This document shows, piece by piece, positions 60,996 through 61,130 of a DNA stretch of 61,130 nt. Within the stretch, counting starts at the first letter, position 1; every line of letters starts with the position of its first letter. A program made the position numbers and the translations under genes. The DNA is taken from NCBI GenBank assembly GCA_946493085.1, contig CAMMAC010000006.1:1-61130 (forward strand). The letters are read 5' to 3'. The notes beneath the pieces are model-generated. The model had not been told where the DNA came from. It saw only the letters and a list, made by a program, of their open reading frames with translations, and did not search any database. This DNA is from an uncultured Clostridiaceae bacterium (GTDB taxonomy: Bacteria > Bacillota > Clostridia > TANB77 > CAG-508).

Positions 60996-61130
60996 TTGTA
61001 TTTTAAAGAAATATTAAATTAGAGTAATGGAAGAAGTTATGGGGGGGAGAGATTAGTTAAAAGCTTTAATTGGGTATGTCAATGAAATTTGAAAATGTCC
61101 CAAAATTTTTTTAACATAAGCCCTAAAAAT

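Overview
AT-rich chromosomal window from a sporulating Clostridia-type Firmicute. spoIIM, a ger receptor operon, polC and a T-box support this; a TANB77/CAG-269-like gut lineage is my inference. It holds about 58 genes, mostly housekeeping: tyrS, cysS, rny, ftsH, secG-rnr, ylxM-ffh-rpsP-khpA-rimM-trmD-rplS, pyrH-frr-uppS-cdsA-rseP and polC. The main observation is that six genes (rnhA, gerA, an acyl-ACP thioesterase, the normally essential trmD, a hemolysin-III/PAQR gene and an ltaS-like gene) are each broken by the same lesion. In each, an in-frame CGG codon sits where skipping exactly one C restores a GGN glycine codon and the full-length protein. Three are on each strand. My manual scan found no in-frame CGG read through as Arg in any other native gene; the only exceptions are two in one apparently foreign ORF. 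This points to a codon-triggered +1 recoding rule (CGGN read as one residue, probably Gly) rather than random pseudogenisation, although a sequencing artefact must still be excluded with reads. Other features: an orphan type III toxin-antitoxin antitoxin-like repeat array whose toxin is deleted, an MNT-HEPN module between two copies of the polC terminator-promoter unit, two families of short REP-like palindromes, and several gene remnants.
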